Notes: generated from the sequence alone by a model not told the origin. 20,000 nt of DNA from an uncultured virus (IMG/VR IMGVR_UViG_3300035520_000621) (IMGVR_UViG_3300035520_000621); one strand, 5' to 3'; shown: positions 1-7,536, counted from the first letter of the stretch. A program made the numbers and translations.

Positions 1-266
1 TCTATACAACCAACAACAAGGTCAATAAACCTCAACCGCTTCTCGTCCCAACCAACAGGGAAACACAGCTTAAACGAGACTCCACGTCTACGCAATATTT
101 CGGCTAAAGCAATAACCTTCGGGGATATTCCATTCGCATTTACAGCCCTAAACTCTAACAAACGCTCAGGTAAAACATTCTCGTAATCATCAAACAAACA
201 GAACTCATTAGCGAAGTCCTTTCTCCAATCATATTCAGGTTCAACAAATCTTAGCTTCTGTTTCAT
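1..266 (-). CDS. Partial ORF running off the left edge (not in ORF track); possible DUF559/Vsr-like PD-(D/E)XK nuclease
   Basis: Manual translation from ATG at 266 is open to position 1: MKQKLRFVEPEYDWRKDFANEFCLFDDYENVLPERLLEFRAVNANGISPKVIALAEILRRRGVSFKLCFPVGWDEKRLRFIDLVVGCI...; the helix-'GVSF..FPV'-'RFIDLVV' pattern resembles DUF559/Vsr nucleases, but the catalytic E lies outside the window. Confidence 0.5.
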   Translation of the reverse strand, partial: MKQKLRFVEPEYDWRKDFANEFCLFDDYENVLPERLLEFRAVNANGISPKVIALAEILRRRGVSFKLCFPVGWDEKRLRFIDLVVGCI

Positions 267-359
267 ATCCTATACTATACTTTGATGATAATTGTCGGAG
301 GCTACCGCCTCCTCCATTGTTTTTTCTCTCTTCACAACTAATAAAAGGTGTTTTTTATG

Positions 360-373
360 GGAACACGTGTTCC
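360..373. repeat. Perfect 14-bp palindrome GGAACACGTGTTCC
   Basis: Sequence equals its own reverse complement; lies 9 bp downstream of the stop of 383..1282. Confidence 0.9.
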
Positions 374-382
374 ACCCTAATT

Positions 383-1282
383 TCAAAATTCGGGAATTTT
401 AAAATCAAACGCCTTTTCAAGCTCGCCAAAGCTGCCAACGCCAAAGGTATAACCTGACAAATATTGCTTATGACGAGTGCGAGCTTCGTCGCGATTAAAA
501 CGATACTGACAAATATCAGTCACACTATACATTGGGGGTTTTCTTAAATACAAATAATTACCCCATCGGAATAGATAACCGGGTAAGCCGTAATCGTCTT
601 TATTGTACATGATAGTGTCAAATCGCCAACCGTCATCGGTTATCTTCATGATGCGGGCTGAGTCGTCTTTCCTTGTGAGTAATCCGCGCTCAACAACATC
701 TGCAATAAGCTGACGAGCCTTGCTCTTTGACACGTGCATATTCTCTGCTGCTCGTTGTGCTGATAATCCCTGTAATACGCTTTCCTTCGTTTCAGGCACG
801 CGTTTTAGAAGCTTCACACTCCTCCTGTATTGAGAGATAGTGCGAGCATCCTTCACAACTATTTCTGCATCCTGAATACTTCGGTTAAGCCTAACCAAGT
901 TAATCAGCACAATCTGACGGAGACGGTTTTGAACATCTCGCAGAGTATATTGACATTTATGATTTTTAATTTTCCCGACGTTGCGCAACGGCATATTATA
1001 GAGAGCCATGATACCTTTCTTCTCAACCTCTAATGGATTGGCGATGATATTGTTCCCCTCGCGGCGAAGGTAACCATTTTCAACGCCATGCCGTAATATA
1101 CGCGACATCTTAGTAGACCCAATGCCAAACAACGCCTTACAACGTCTGACTGTGGCGTTATGGATACATGATGAGCCATAGGTCAATTTGACCAACACAG
1201 CAAAAGCGAAGCACTCAAATTCATGAGAGCCTGCGCTTATAGCTAATTCGGCTGTTTTTATCGGTATCCGTAGATCTGCCAT
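383..1282 (-). CDS. DNA-binding protein with two winged-HTH-like segments; candidate replication initiator (Rep)
   Basis: 299 aa, basic. HTH-like 'TVRRCKALFGIGSTKMSRILRHGVENGYL' and 'LSAQRAAENMHVSKSKARQLIADVVERGLL'; own consensus promoter; repeat-rich AT-rich upstream region. Rep function is inference. Confidence 0.5.
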   Translation of the reverse strand: MADLRIPIKTAELAISAGSHEFECFAFAVLVKLTYGSSCIHNATVRRCKALFGIGSTKMSRILRHGVENGYLRREGNNIIANPLEVEKKGIMALYNMPLRNVGKIKNHKCQYTLRDVQNRLRQIVLINLVRLNRSIQDAEIVVKDARTISQYRRSVKLLKRVPETKESVLQGLSAQRAAENMHVSKSKARQLIADVVERGLLTRKDDSARIMKITDDGWRFDTIMYNKDDYGLPGYLFRWGNYLYLRKPPMYSVTDICQYRFNRDEARTRHKQYLSGYTFGVGSFGELEKAFDFKIPEF

Positions 1283-1303
1283 AGGGTTACTTTAAATTTG
1301 CGG

Positions 1304-1335
1304 CAAAGATAATTCACGCTTTTCAAAAAAACAAA
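1304..1335 (-). promoter_or_regulatory. Bacteroidetes primary-sigma promoter for 383..1282
   Basis: Minus strand TTTG (1335-1332), 20-nt spacer, TATCTTTG (1311-1304); matches TTTG-N19-21-TAnnTTTG. Confidence 0.75.
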
Positions 1336-1346
1336 TGCCAAAAATC

Positions 1347-1489
1347 GCAAAATTCTTGTATTACAGAAAATTTGCAAATAGCTATATATCAATATTTTAC
1401 AAAATTCTTGTAATACAAAAATAGATATTGTAGTTTGTACAATAAGCCCCTAAATTTTAACAGAATTTGTGAACCCCAAAGATATTGTA
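1347..1489. repeat. AT-rich region with near-perfect direct repeats (operator or iteron-like)
   Basis: CAAAATTCTTGTATTACA (1348-1365) and CAAAATTCTTGTAATACA (1400-1417), 17/18 identical; AGATATTGTA at 1423-1432 and 1480-1489. Confidence 0.75.
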
Positions 1490-1584
1490 TTTTCAACAAA
1501 GTTTAAATTTTTGAATTTCAGTTGATTTATAGAGTACTTATTGTAAATTTAACATATTCATTTTCTCAAATTATATAAATGTTT

Positions 1585-1614
1585 TGGGATATATCGGGAT
1601 ATATCGGGATAAAT
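1585..1614 (+). repeat. Three tandem 10-bp repeats (T/C)GGGATA(T/A)AT
   Basis: tgggatatat cgggatatat cgggataaat; same motif as 2911-2940. Confidence 0.85.
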
Positions 1615-1708
1615 GAAATTTGCACAAAATAGGCAAAAATGGGGCAAACACAAAAAGAGCCTCAAAAACAACGTTTCGAGGCTCGTTATTTATGGTTTTT
1701 TAACAAAT

Positions 1709-2854
1709 TTACTTCTGTTTCAGCAGGTTTTCAAGCCTGTCAAACTCTTTTTCAACAGACTCGTTAAGTACTTTGGCGTAGATTTGTGTTATTTGAATAT
1801 TAGTGTGACCCATCATTTCAGCGAGAGTTTCGATACTACACCCATTATTCAAACACCACACAGCAAACGAGTGCCTTGCCATGTGTGATGATAGTGCTAC
1901 ATTGATTTCAGCAGCTTCAGCAATTACCTTCAGACGCATATTGTATTGTTGATTGCTAATTACAGGCAGTTTGTAATTGTATTTCTTGAGAATTTCCAAC
2001 GCAGGAGACAGCAAGACAATGTAAAAATCCTCGTCTGTCTTCTTGCGCACATCGTGTACAATATATTTGCCGTCACGCTCGATAATTTGGGAAAAATCAA
2101 ATTTCGCCAAATCAGCGTATGCCATGCCGGTATAACATTGAAACAAAAACAAGTCACGCGCTCTGTCAACCGTTGGCATGGTGAGTTTTACAGCCGCCAA
2201 ACGGTTAATTTCAGGTTGCGTCAGGTATTTGCGAATACGAGATTTGCCGCGATCAATCTTCACGCCTTGATATGGGTTCTTGTCAATCAGTTCCTCATTA
2301 AGTGCAAGATAAACATAAGTCTTCATCGTCTTGTGATACGATTGCACAGTAGCCTGAACATAGTTGCGGTCATGCAGCCAATTGTCAAATGCAAGTATGT
2401 TCGAGCGGTTCAAATCTGTCATATACTTGATTTTGCCATACTGTTTCAGTACAGTAATAAGTTTGAGTTGCGTCTTCTTTGTCGATAAACGCAAGTCAGC
2501 CCTGTTTTTGATTTTGTTCTCAGCGTACTCGATGAAGTTGTCAACCTTCCGTTCATCGGCGGTCATGAAGCGAGCGAGTTTATCAAAGTTAAACTCTTCG
2601 CCCTTGATGGAAAGCTCATTTATCCACGTGATAACTCGATTATATTGCACTTGTAAGCTCTCATTGTAATCTAATAAGTGGATATTGCGTATAACTTTAC
2701 CGTCCTTCCATTGGTCGGAGAACAGCCTGATGCCCGTCGAGAAATATCTTCGTTTTCTCTGATAGGTTACTTCAAGTTGGACGAGTGCCAACTTTGTTTT
2801 CGTGGCTTGGTGCTTTCGGTCAAACACAAGCCTCACAGTTGGGTAGTTAGTCAT
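1709..2854 (-). CDS. int: Tyrosine recombinase (phage integrase), Bacteroidetes type with arm-binding, core-binding and catalytic domains
   Basis: 381 aa; 'FLFQCYTGMAYADL' (catalytic R position is A here), 'SSHMARHSFA' (HxxR), 'MGHTNIQITQIYA' (H and catalytic Y); N-terminal 'RRYFSTGIRL..DQW' arm-binding domain. Confidence 0.95.
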   Translation of the reverse strand: MTNYPTVRLVFDRKHQATKTKLALVQLEVTYQRKRRYFSTGIRLFSDQWKDGKVIRNIHLLDYNESLQVQYNRVITWINELSIKGEEFNFDKLARFMTADERKVDNFIEYAENKIKNRADLRLSTKKTQLKLITVLKQYGKIKYMTDLNRSNILAFDNWLHDRNYVQATVQSYHKTMKTYVYLALNEELIDKNPYQGVKIDRGKSRIRKYLTQPEINRLAAVKLTMPTVDRARDLFLFQCYTGMAYADLAKFDFSQIIERDGKYIVHDVRKKTDEDFYIVLLSPALEILKKYNYKLPVISNQQYNMRLKVIAEAAEINVALSSHMARHSFAVWCLNNGCSIETLAEMMGHTNIQITQIYAKVLNESVEKEFDRLENLLKQK

Positions 2855-2875
2855 TTTGATTGGATTATGTAAGGT

Positions 2876-2907
2876 GGTATCACACTCGGTATCACATCGG
2901 TATCACA
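2876..2907 (+). repeat. attP arm-type sites, left cluster (3x GGTATCACA)
   Basis: GGTATCACA at 2876-2884, 2888-2896 and 2899-2907. Confidence 0.8.
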
Positions 2908-2910
2908 TAA

Positions 2911-2940
2911 TCGGGAAATATCGGGATAAATCGGGATAAA
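2911..2940 (+). repeat. Three phased 10-bp repeats TCGGGA(A/T)A(T/A)A; putative Xis/RDF binding sites
   Basis: tcgggaaata tcgggataaa tcgggataaa, between arm sites and core; one-helical-turn spacing. Confidence 0.65.
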
Positions 2941-3023
2941 CCGAAACAGCGTTAAAAGGTGTAAAATGCCAATTTTATAGCCATAACAGCTTATTAACCC
3001 GATACATAGACCCTGAAAATGCC

Positions 3024-3053
3024 AAAAAAGCCACCTCAGTGTAAGGTGGCTTT
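3024..3053 (-). terminator. Rho-independent terminator following the tRNA 3' fragment
   Basis: 10-bp stem AAAGCCACCT/AGGTGGCTTT with 7-nt loop; reads GGTGGCTTTTTT on the minus strand. Confidence 0.85.
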
Positions 3054-3076
3054 GTGACCTCGGAGGGGTTTGAACC
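3054..3076 (-). mobile_element. attP core = 3' end of a tRNA gene (T-loop, 3' T-stem, 3' acceptor strand); possibly tRNA-Arg
   Basis: Minus strand G-GTTCAAAC-CCCTC-CGAGGTC-A-C; no 5' half present; flanked on both sides by arm repeats; next to int. Isoacceptor is a guess from the implied GACCTCG 5' acceptor. Confidence 0.8.
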
Positions 3077-3116
3077 TTACTTTTAATTGGTTGGTTTATA
3101 ATATTTTCAGAATATC

Positions 3117-3147
3117 GGTATCACATTGGTATCACATTGGTATCACA
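3117..3147 (+). repeat. attP arm-type sites, right cluster (3x GGTATCACA, 11-bp period)
   Basis: GGTATCACA at 3117-3125, 3128-3136 and 3139-3147. Confidence 0.8.
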
Positions 3148-3149
3148 GC

Positions 3150-3599
3150 TCATTTTCTATTTAACATTTCAAGTAAAGTAGAGATTTGCGCATCCTTTGT
3201 TTTTAGTAAGTCAAGCAGTTTGTCTACGTAGTCAGGAGTGTTGCGATGATAGCTCATGGCTTGATAATCCTCGACCTCTCCAATTTCAGGAAAATCGTCA
3301 TTCGTCTCAACATTTTCGGTGGGTTCGTTGTTGTCTTGGCAACTATCACCATTTAACTCGTTTGTATGAATAAGCATATCACCGTCACCAAGCAGCACCC
3401 AATATATAGACAATTCAGGAAATTGTTGAATAAGTTGTGCCAACCCTTCTGCACTGATGCTTGGAGTTTTGGCGATATATCCGGGGGCTTTATTTAGAGC
3501 CTTATCAATAGTGGAATTATTATGCCCACATTCGTTGGCGAATTTTCTAACTCTATCGGCAATTGCCAAAGATATGGCTTTGTTTTTCTCATTAACCAT
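3150..3599 (-). CDS. CI-like phage repressor (XRE-type HTH N-terminus, coiled-coil C-terminus, no S24 peptidase)
   Basis: 'IADRVRKF...NSTIDKALNKAPGYI..SISAEGLAQLIQQFPELSIYWVLLGDGDML' is typical of Bacteroidetes phage repressors; divergent from the early operon; C-terminal 'LLKTKDAQISTLLEML'. Confidence 0.8.
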   Translation of the reverse strand: MVNEKNKAISLAIADRVRKFANECGHNNSTIDKALNKAPGYIAKTPSISAEGLAQLIQQFPELSIYWVLLGDGDMLIHTNELNGDSCQDNNEPTENVETNDDFPEIGEVEDYQAMSYHRNTPDYVDKLLDLLKTKDAQISTLLEMLNRK

Positions 3600-3708
3600 A
3601 GCGAATAAACTAATAAAAATTGTTAATACTTTGTCTGTTACCCAAACATATTTGGAAAGTTGGGATATTCGCTATATATTTGCATCGAAAAAAGAAAATT
3701 ATAGCGAA
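3598..3708. promoter_or_regulatory. Putative operator half-sites ATAGCGAA(TA)
   Basis: ATAGCGAATA at 3598-3607, perfect inverted copy TATTCGCTAT at 3666-3675 (inside the rightward promoter), ATAGCGAA at 3701-3708. Confidence 0.55.
3651..3682 (+). promoter_or_regulatory. Rightward early (lytic) promoter
   Basis: TTTG 3651-3654, 20-nt spacer, TATATTTG 3675-3682. Confidence 0.8.
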
Positions 3709-3763
3709 AAAGACATAGGAATAGCCGACAGCTTAAAAGTAGCTATCTTATTAATTCTCAGTG

Positions 3764-3795
3764 CAAAATTAGTTGTCGGCTTTACATTTTGCAAA
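3764..3795 (-). promoter_or_regulatory. Leftward (repressor) promoter facing the rightward promoter
   Basis: Minus strand TTTG (3795-3792), 20-nt spacer, TAATTTTG (3771-3764). Confidence 0.65.
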
Positions 3796-3826
3796 CATAA
3801 AAGTGTTAAAATTTCAGCGAGAGAAA

Positions 3827-4027
3827 ATGTCGACATTAAAATATCATTTGGATGTAATGTCAAAGCGGGATACATTGTTGCTCCCGTGTACGGATGCGAA
3901 GCAAGCAGACAACCTAAAGAGTCGCATCTATTATTACGGAAGAACGTACCCGCGAAAGGACGGTATGCGATATTCAATTGATGTTGACAAGTATTTTAAA
4001 TTCGTTAAAGTAACGCTCAAAAAATAA
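3827..4027 (+). CDS. Small basic DNA-binding protein in the Cro position
   Basis: 66 aa from ATG 3827 (MSTLKYHLDV...); first gene of the early operon, divergent from the repressor. Confidence 0.6.
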   Translation: MSTLKYHLDVMSKRDTLLLPCTDAKQADNLKSRIYYYGRTYPRKDGMRYSIDVDKYFKFVKVTLKK

Positions 4028-4038
4028 AACTTACTACC

Positions 4039-4296
4039 ATGTTGACGAATGAAGACTTGGAAGCGATAACCGAAGCATTCCGTAATGTTATCAAAAACGA
4101 GATGCACGATATGATTGACGATGCACTGCAAGAGAAACGTAATACATTTCTCTCTGCTGCTGAGACCGCCAAGTTAATAGGTTGCTCGGTCAAAACCTTA
4201 TATTCCAAGTCGTGCAAAATTCCCCACACCAAAGTAGGTAAGTACCTTCAATTCTCGCGCGATGATGTGCTGAGATATTTGGGTATTTTGAAATGA
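4039..4296 (+). CDS. Excisionase-like MerR/HTH_17 DNA-binding protein
   Basis: 'FLSAAETAKLIGCSVKTLY....IPHTKVGKYLQFSRDDVLRYL' is a canonical HTH_17 pattern. Confidence 0.85.
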   Translation: MLTNEDLEAITEAFRNVIKNEMHDMIDDALQEKRNTFLSAAETAKLIGCSVKTLYSKSCKIPHTKVGKYLQFSRDDVLRYLGILK

Positions 4297-4339
4297 TTTT
4301 ATCAAAAAGAGAACATTGAAATATTGGATATGAAATAAA

Positions 4340-4567
4340 ATGATGCGAGTACGGACTCGACATCATGCACGTAACATACCAACGTGTGCTACAATGGGTA
4401 TGCGCTGATTATATAGCGACCTATATAATGTAATTCTATGACAATTCAACTTTATCGTTGGATTTTTAAACTGTTCAAAATAATTACAACATATACAACG
4501 CGGTGGCTTCCACAGATATATTTCTGACTGTTTCTTGCAAAGTTAAGTGGGTCACCGCGTTTTTTTT
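4340..4567 (+). ncRNA. Putative structured RNA or leader between xis and the exonuclease, ending in a terminator-like stem
   Basis: Hairpin 4340-4366; possible pseudoknot 4367-4402; perfect hairpin 4408-4429; long-range stem AACGCGGTGG/TCACCGCGTT (4497-4561) running into a T8 tract. Confidence 0.45.
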
Positions 4568-4575
4568 AATTTGGA

Positions 4576-5526
4576 ATGGAAAGCACAATATATAATCTTC
4601 CGAATGAAGAATATCATCGCGGCGAATTGTACAAAGATTATTTATCAAGCACCCAGCTTAAACATTATCTTGTATCGCCCAAATTCGCCAAATGGTGTTT
4701 TGACAATCCTGACGAGAGCAAAATCAATCCCGAAAGCGCTGAAATCGGTTCTCTATTCCACTCGGCAATGGAGAGCATGGCGAATACAGGTGATTTAGCT
4801 CAGTTCCGCAACGAATTATTCGTATTTGACCCGCCAATCAACATGAAGACAGGTCAACCGTATGGCTCAGGGACTAAGGTTTATCAGATTGCACTCGAAT
4901 TTGCCAAATCGCAGCATACAGGGAAATTCCCGACATCTCAGGCAAAAATCGAACTGATTGAAAAAATGGTGAATGAACTTCTCCACAATTGCGGAGAGAC
5001 ATCAAAACAAGTTCGCCAAGTCCTTAAATGGGGGACAGCCGAGATAAGCCACTTTTGCGAATACGAAGGTGCAAAGTTCAAATTTCGCCCCGATTTGGAA
5101 ACAAAATCAAAAATCATAGATTGGAAAACACTTGCGATTGATGACCTTCATGAGGATACAATAGCCAAAGTGATAATCAAGTTTGGCTATGATATTTCTG
5201 CTGCATTTTACCAATTCTTTTGCCACGAGATTACAGGCAAATGGAAATCTTTCTATTGGGTTATGCAACAGAAACAACCACCCTATGATGCAGTAATGGT
5301 TTGCGCTGACAATTGGGGCTTCTCACTTAATGACGAAATTGTTGAGATGGGATGTGGAGCATTAAAATTCTCCAAACTACTCGAACAGCATATTTACTGC
5401 ACTCAGCATGGCAAATTCCCCGGTGCTGAGGTTATGATACAACCGGGTTTCCGTGGTCGCCGAATAATGACCGCTGAAACTCCGTCTTTTGAGAAAAACA
5501 AACTTATCAACTACTACAATGACTAA
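4576..5526 (+). CDS. RecE/exonuclease VIII-like PD-(D/E)XK nuclease (DUF3799-like)
   Basis: 'NEEYH....LSSTQLK', 'GSLFHSAME', 'KFRPDL.....IIDWKT', 'FGYDISAAFYQ'; directly upstream of RecT. Confidence 0.85.
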   Translation: MESTIYNLPNEEYHRGELYKDYLSSTQLKHYLVSPKFAKWCFDNPDESKINPESAEIGSLFHSAMESMANTGDLAQFRNELFVFDPPINMKTGQPYGSGTKVYQIALEFAKSQHTGKFPTSQAKIELIEKMVNELLHNCGETSKQVRQVLKWGTAEISHFCEYEGAKFKFRPDLETKSKIIDWKTLAIDDLHEDTIAKVIIKFGYDISAAFYQFFCHEITGKWKSFYWVMQQKQPPYDAVMVCADNWGFSLNDEIVEMGCGALKFSKLLEQHIYCTQHGKFPGAEVMIQPGFRGRRIMTAETPSFEKNKLINYYND

Positions 5527-6388
5527 CGACGCACAAGCACAGCCGGAACAAGCGGCAGTACAGCAAGCACCGGCTAAACAACAAGAACGATTAACGTCAC
5601 TTCCACCGCAGTTAAAAGACCTTGCGGGATGTTTTTCTGCATCCAAAAAAACTTTTTTATCGGCATTTGCCGACCATGCGGAAGGTGAACGGATTTTTAG
5701 CAAAGAGGTGAACTTTGTGGCACAGGCGATGATGGGCAATCCTTATCTAATCACGTGTGCTAAAAACGACCCCAATGCGCTTATTGACTCGATTAAGAAT
5801 GTGGCATTGACAGGCTTAACGCTCAACCCTGTTTTGAAGTTGGGTTACTTAGTACCGTTTAAGGGCAAAATTACCTTCATGGCATCGTACATGGGGCTAA
5901 TCGATATTCTCGTCAACAATGGCATTGCAAAGAAAGCCGAAGCCCACGCCGTATTTCGCGGCGATGACTTCGATATTGTTCACGGCACTAACGGCTACAT
6001 TAAACATCATCCCGATCCATGGGGCAACCGCACGGTAGATACTTTCTGCGGGTGCTATTATTATATCTTACTCGCTGATGGTACAGAACTTTTTGACACT
6101 CTTAATAAAGAGGAAATCGAGTTGGTCAAGAAGCGCAGTGCATCTGTGTCATCAGGCAAGACAAGCCCGTGGGATAGTGACTATCTTGAAATGGCAAAGA
6201 AGACCGCGCTTCGCCGTGGCTTTAAACTTTGTCCGAAATCAAATATCTCTGAGAGTAAGCTCAAATCCATCGAAGCCATGCTCGACTATGACAGCAAGGT
6301 TGAAAAAGAGTGGTACAAAGAGCAAGACAAACCCAAAGATGATGGTTTTGACGAAGAGATTGAATACGAAGAAATCAAGATTGATTAA
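5519..6388 (+). CDS. recT: RecT/Redbeta-family single-strand annealing protein
   Basis: 'GLTLNP..KLGYLVPF', 'SYMGLIDI', 'AVFRGDDF', 'SPWDSDYLEMAKKTALRR', acidic tail; likely start ATG 5519. Confidence 0.92.
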   Translation: MTNDAQAQPEQAAVQQAPAKQQERLTSLPPQLKDLAGCFSASKKTFLSAFADHAEGERIFSKEVNFVAQAMMGNPYLITCAKNDPNALIDSIKNVALTGLTLNPVLKLGYLVPFKGKITFMASYMGLIDILVNNGIAKKAEAHAVFRGDDFDIVHGTNGYIKHHPDPWGNRTVDTFCGCYYYILLADGTELFDTLNKEEIELVKKRSASVSSGKTSPWDSDYLEMAKKTALRRGFKLCPKSNISESKLKSIEAMLDYDSKVEKEWYKEQDKPKDDGFDEEIEYEEIKID

Positions 6389-6427
6389 TTATAATATTCT
6401 ACAAAGTAAGGTTTTTACAAAGTTCGT

Positions 6428-6459
6428 GGACGTGGTTATATGCGAATATAGCCACGTTT
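6428..6459 (+). terminator. Hairpin with GCGA (GNRA) tetraloop after recT; terminator or processing site
   Basis: GGACGTGGTTATAT-GCGA-ATATAGCCACGTTT, 14-bp stem including G-U pairs; only a weak U tract. Confidence 0.6.
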
Positions 6460-6474
6460 GTTAAAAGCTATCCT

Positions 6475-6930
6475 ATGGCAAAACACATAATTGGAATTGA
6501 CCCCGGAGCTAACGGTGGCATTGCAATCATTACTGACGGTGAATTAACTCACGTCATAAAGATGCCCGACACTCCGTTAGATATATACGAAGCATTGCAC
6601 AGCCACGCAGATGACGCAATCTGCTACCTTGAAAAAGTTGGTGGTATGCCCGGACAAGGTGGTATGGCAATGTTTAACTTTGGTAAGAACTTCGGTTGGC
6701 TTGAAATGGCGTTGCTCGCGGCGGGTATCTCAACAATAACCGTCACGCCGCAGAAGTGGCAAAAGCACTACCAACTCGGCAAGAGTAGCGACAAGACAAA
6801 AACCGAATGGAAGAACATCCTCAAAGCAAAGGCACAATCGCTATTTCCAAAGACAAAAGTCACATTAGCAATTGCCGATGCTATTCTAATAAGCTATTAT
6901 GGAGCGGTACAGGAGCGACTTATTTGCTAA
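6475..6930 (+). CDS. RuvC-like Holliday junction resolvase
   Basis: 'IIGIDPGANGGIA', 'YLEKV', 'FNFGKNFG', 'VTPQKWQK', 'ADAILI'. Confidence 0.88.
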   Translation: MAKHIIGIDPGANGGIAIITDGELTHVIKMPDTPLDIYEALHSHADDAICYLEKVGGMPGQGGMAMFNFGKNFGWLEMALLAAGISTITVTPQKWQKHYQLGKSSDKTKTEWKNILKAKAQSLFPKTKVTLAIADAILISYYGAVQERLIC

Positions 6931-7114
6931 CGGCGAATTATGTAACGGTGGCAAATGCCGATTGAAAACATCCTGCCAACGCTATATGCGAAATGTCAAA
7001 TGGTGGGAAATTCCCATGCCGTACATAATATTCAACAAGACAGAACGCACAACATCCTGCCCATATTTCAAAAAGGTTTGTAAAAATTTCTCACCCTCAA
7101 ATATGCGAAAATGA
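6899..7114 (+). CDS. Small Cys-rich phage protein
   Basis: 'CNGGKCRLKTSCQRY...CPYF'; ATGA-coupled to the next gene. Confidence 0.55.
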   Translation: MERYRSDLFANGELCNGGKCRLKTSCQRYMRNVKWWEIPMPYIIFNKTERTTSCPYFKKVCKNFSPSNMRK

Positions 7115-7536
7115 AGACTCTACAAGACACCGCAGCAGATTACGCTCTGAGCCACACAGACGTTACTCAGGCATACATTGACGGATATAATGCCGCCATT
7201 GCTGCCAAACGCCCAAAGAAACAGTCGCTCGATTTAGATTTTGTTGATAAAAGGTATATTGAGACGGTTTCTATATGGATTAATTACAAGAAGGAGCGGA
7301 AATGCAGCTATACGCAGTCTGGTGTAAAAACCATGTACAAGCGTTTAGTTGAACTATCTCGCGGCGATGCGCAAGTTGCTGCGGCTATTGTGGAGCAATC
7401 AATCGCTAACAACTACCAAGGATTATTCCCATTGAAAAATGAAAGACAACTCACTAACTACACGCACCAACAGCGAGGAATTGCAAAACTTGAAGACCTC
7501 GCCAACGCAGTATTATCAGGACATCCAACCGCGTGA
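7111..7536 (+). CDS. Replisome-organiser/initiator C-terminal-domain-like protein (short, no evident N-terminal DNA-binding domain)
   Basis: 'WINYKKERKCSY..SGVKTMYKRLVELSRGD...A.AIVEQSIANNYQGLFPLK' resembles phage initiator C-termini. Confidence 0.65.
   Translation: MKTLQDTAADYALSHTDVTQAYIDGYNAAIAAKRPKKQSLDLDFVDKRYIETVSIWINYKKERKCSYTQSGVKTMYKRLVELSRGDAQVAAAIVEQSIANNYQGLFPLKNERQLTNYTHQQRGIAKLEDLANAVLSGHPTA

Noticed and set aside
2059..2142. Integrase inactive because the first catalytic Arg is replaced (TGMAYADL)
   Set aside because: This substitution is a known feature of active Bacteroidetes integrases such as IntDOT, and the other catalytic residues and attP are intact
1613..2872. Plus-strand ORFs antisense to the integrase, and the many minus-strand ORFs between 4000 and 20000
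   Set aside because: Fully overlapped by better-supported genes on the opposite strand, with atypical composition
3054..3130. Full-length tRNA gene on the minus strand
   Set aside because: Only the 3' ~23 nt is present; no 5' acceptor strand, D arm or anticodon arm upstream
2876..3147. Short direct repeats as a CRISPR array
   Set aside because: Repeats are 9-10 bp with 0-3 bp gaps, no spacers and no cas genes; they fit integrase arm and RDF sites
3457..3981. 174-aa plus-strand and 92-aa minus-strand ORFs across the immunity region
   Set aside because: They overlap the repressor, promoters and the Cro-like gene and show no recognisable motifs; likely shadow ORFs
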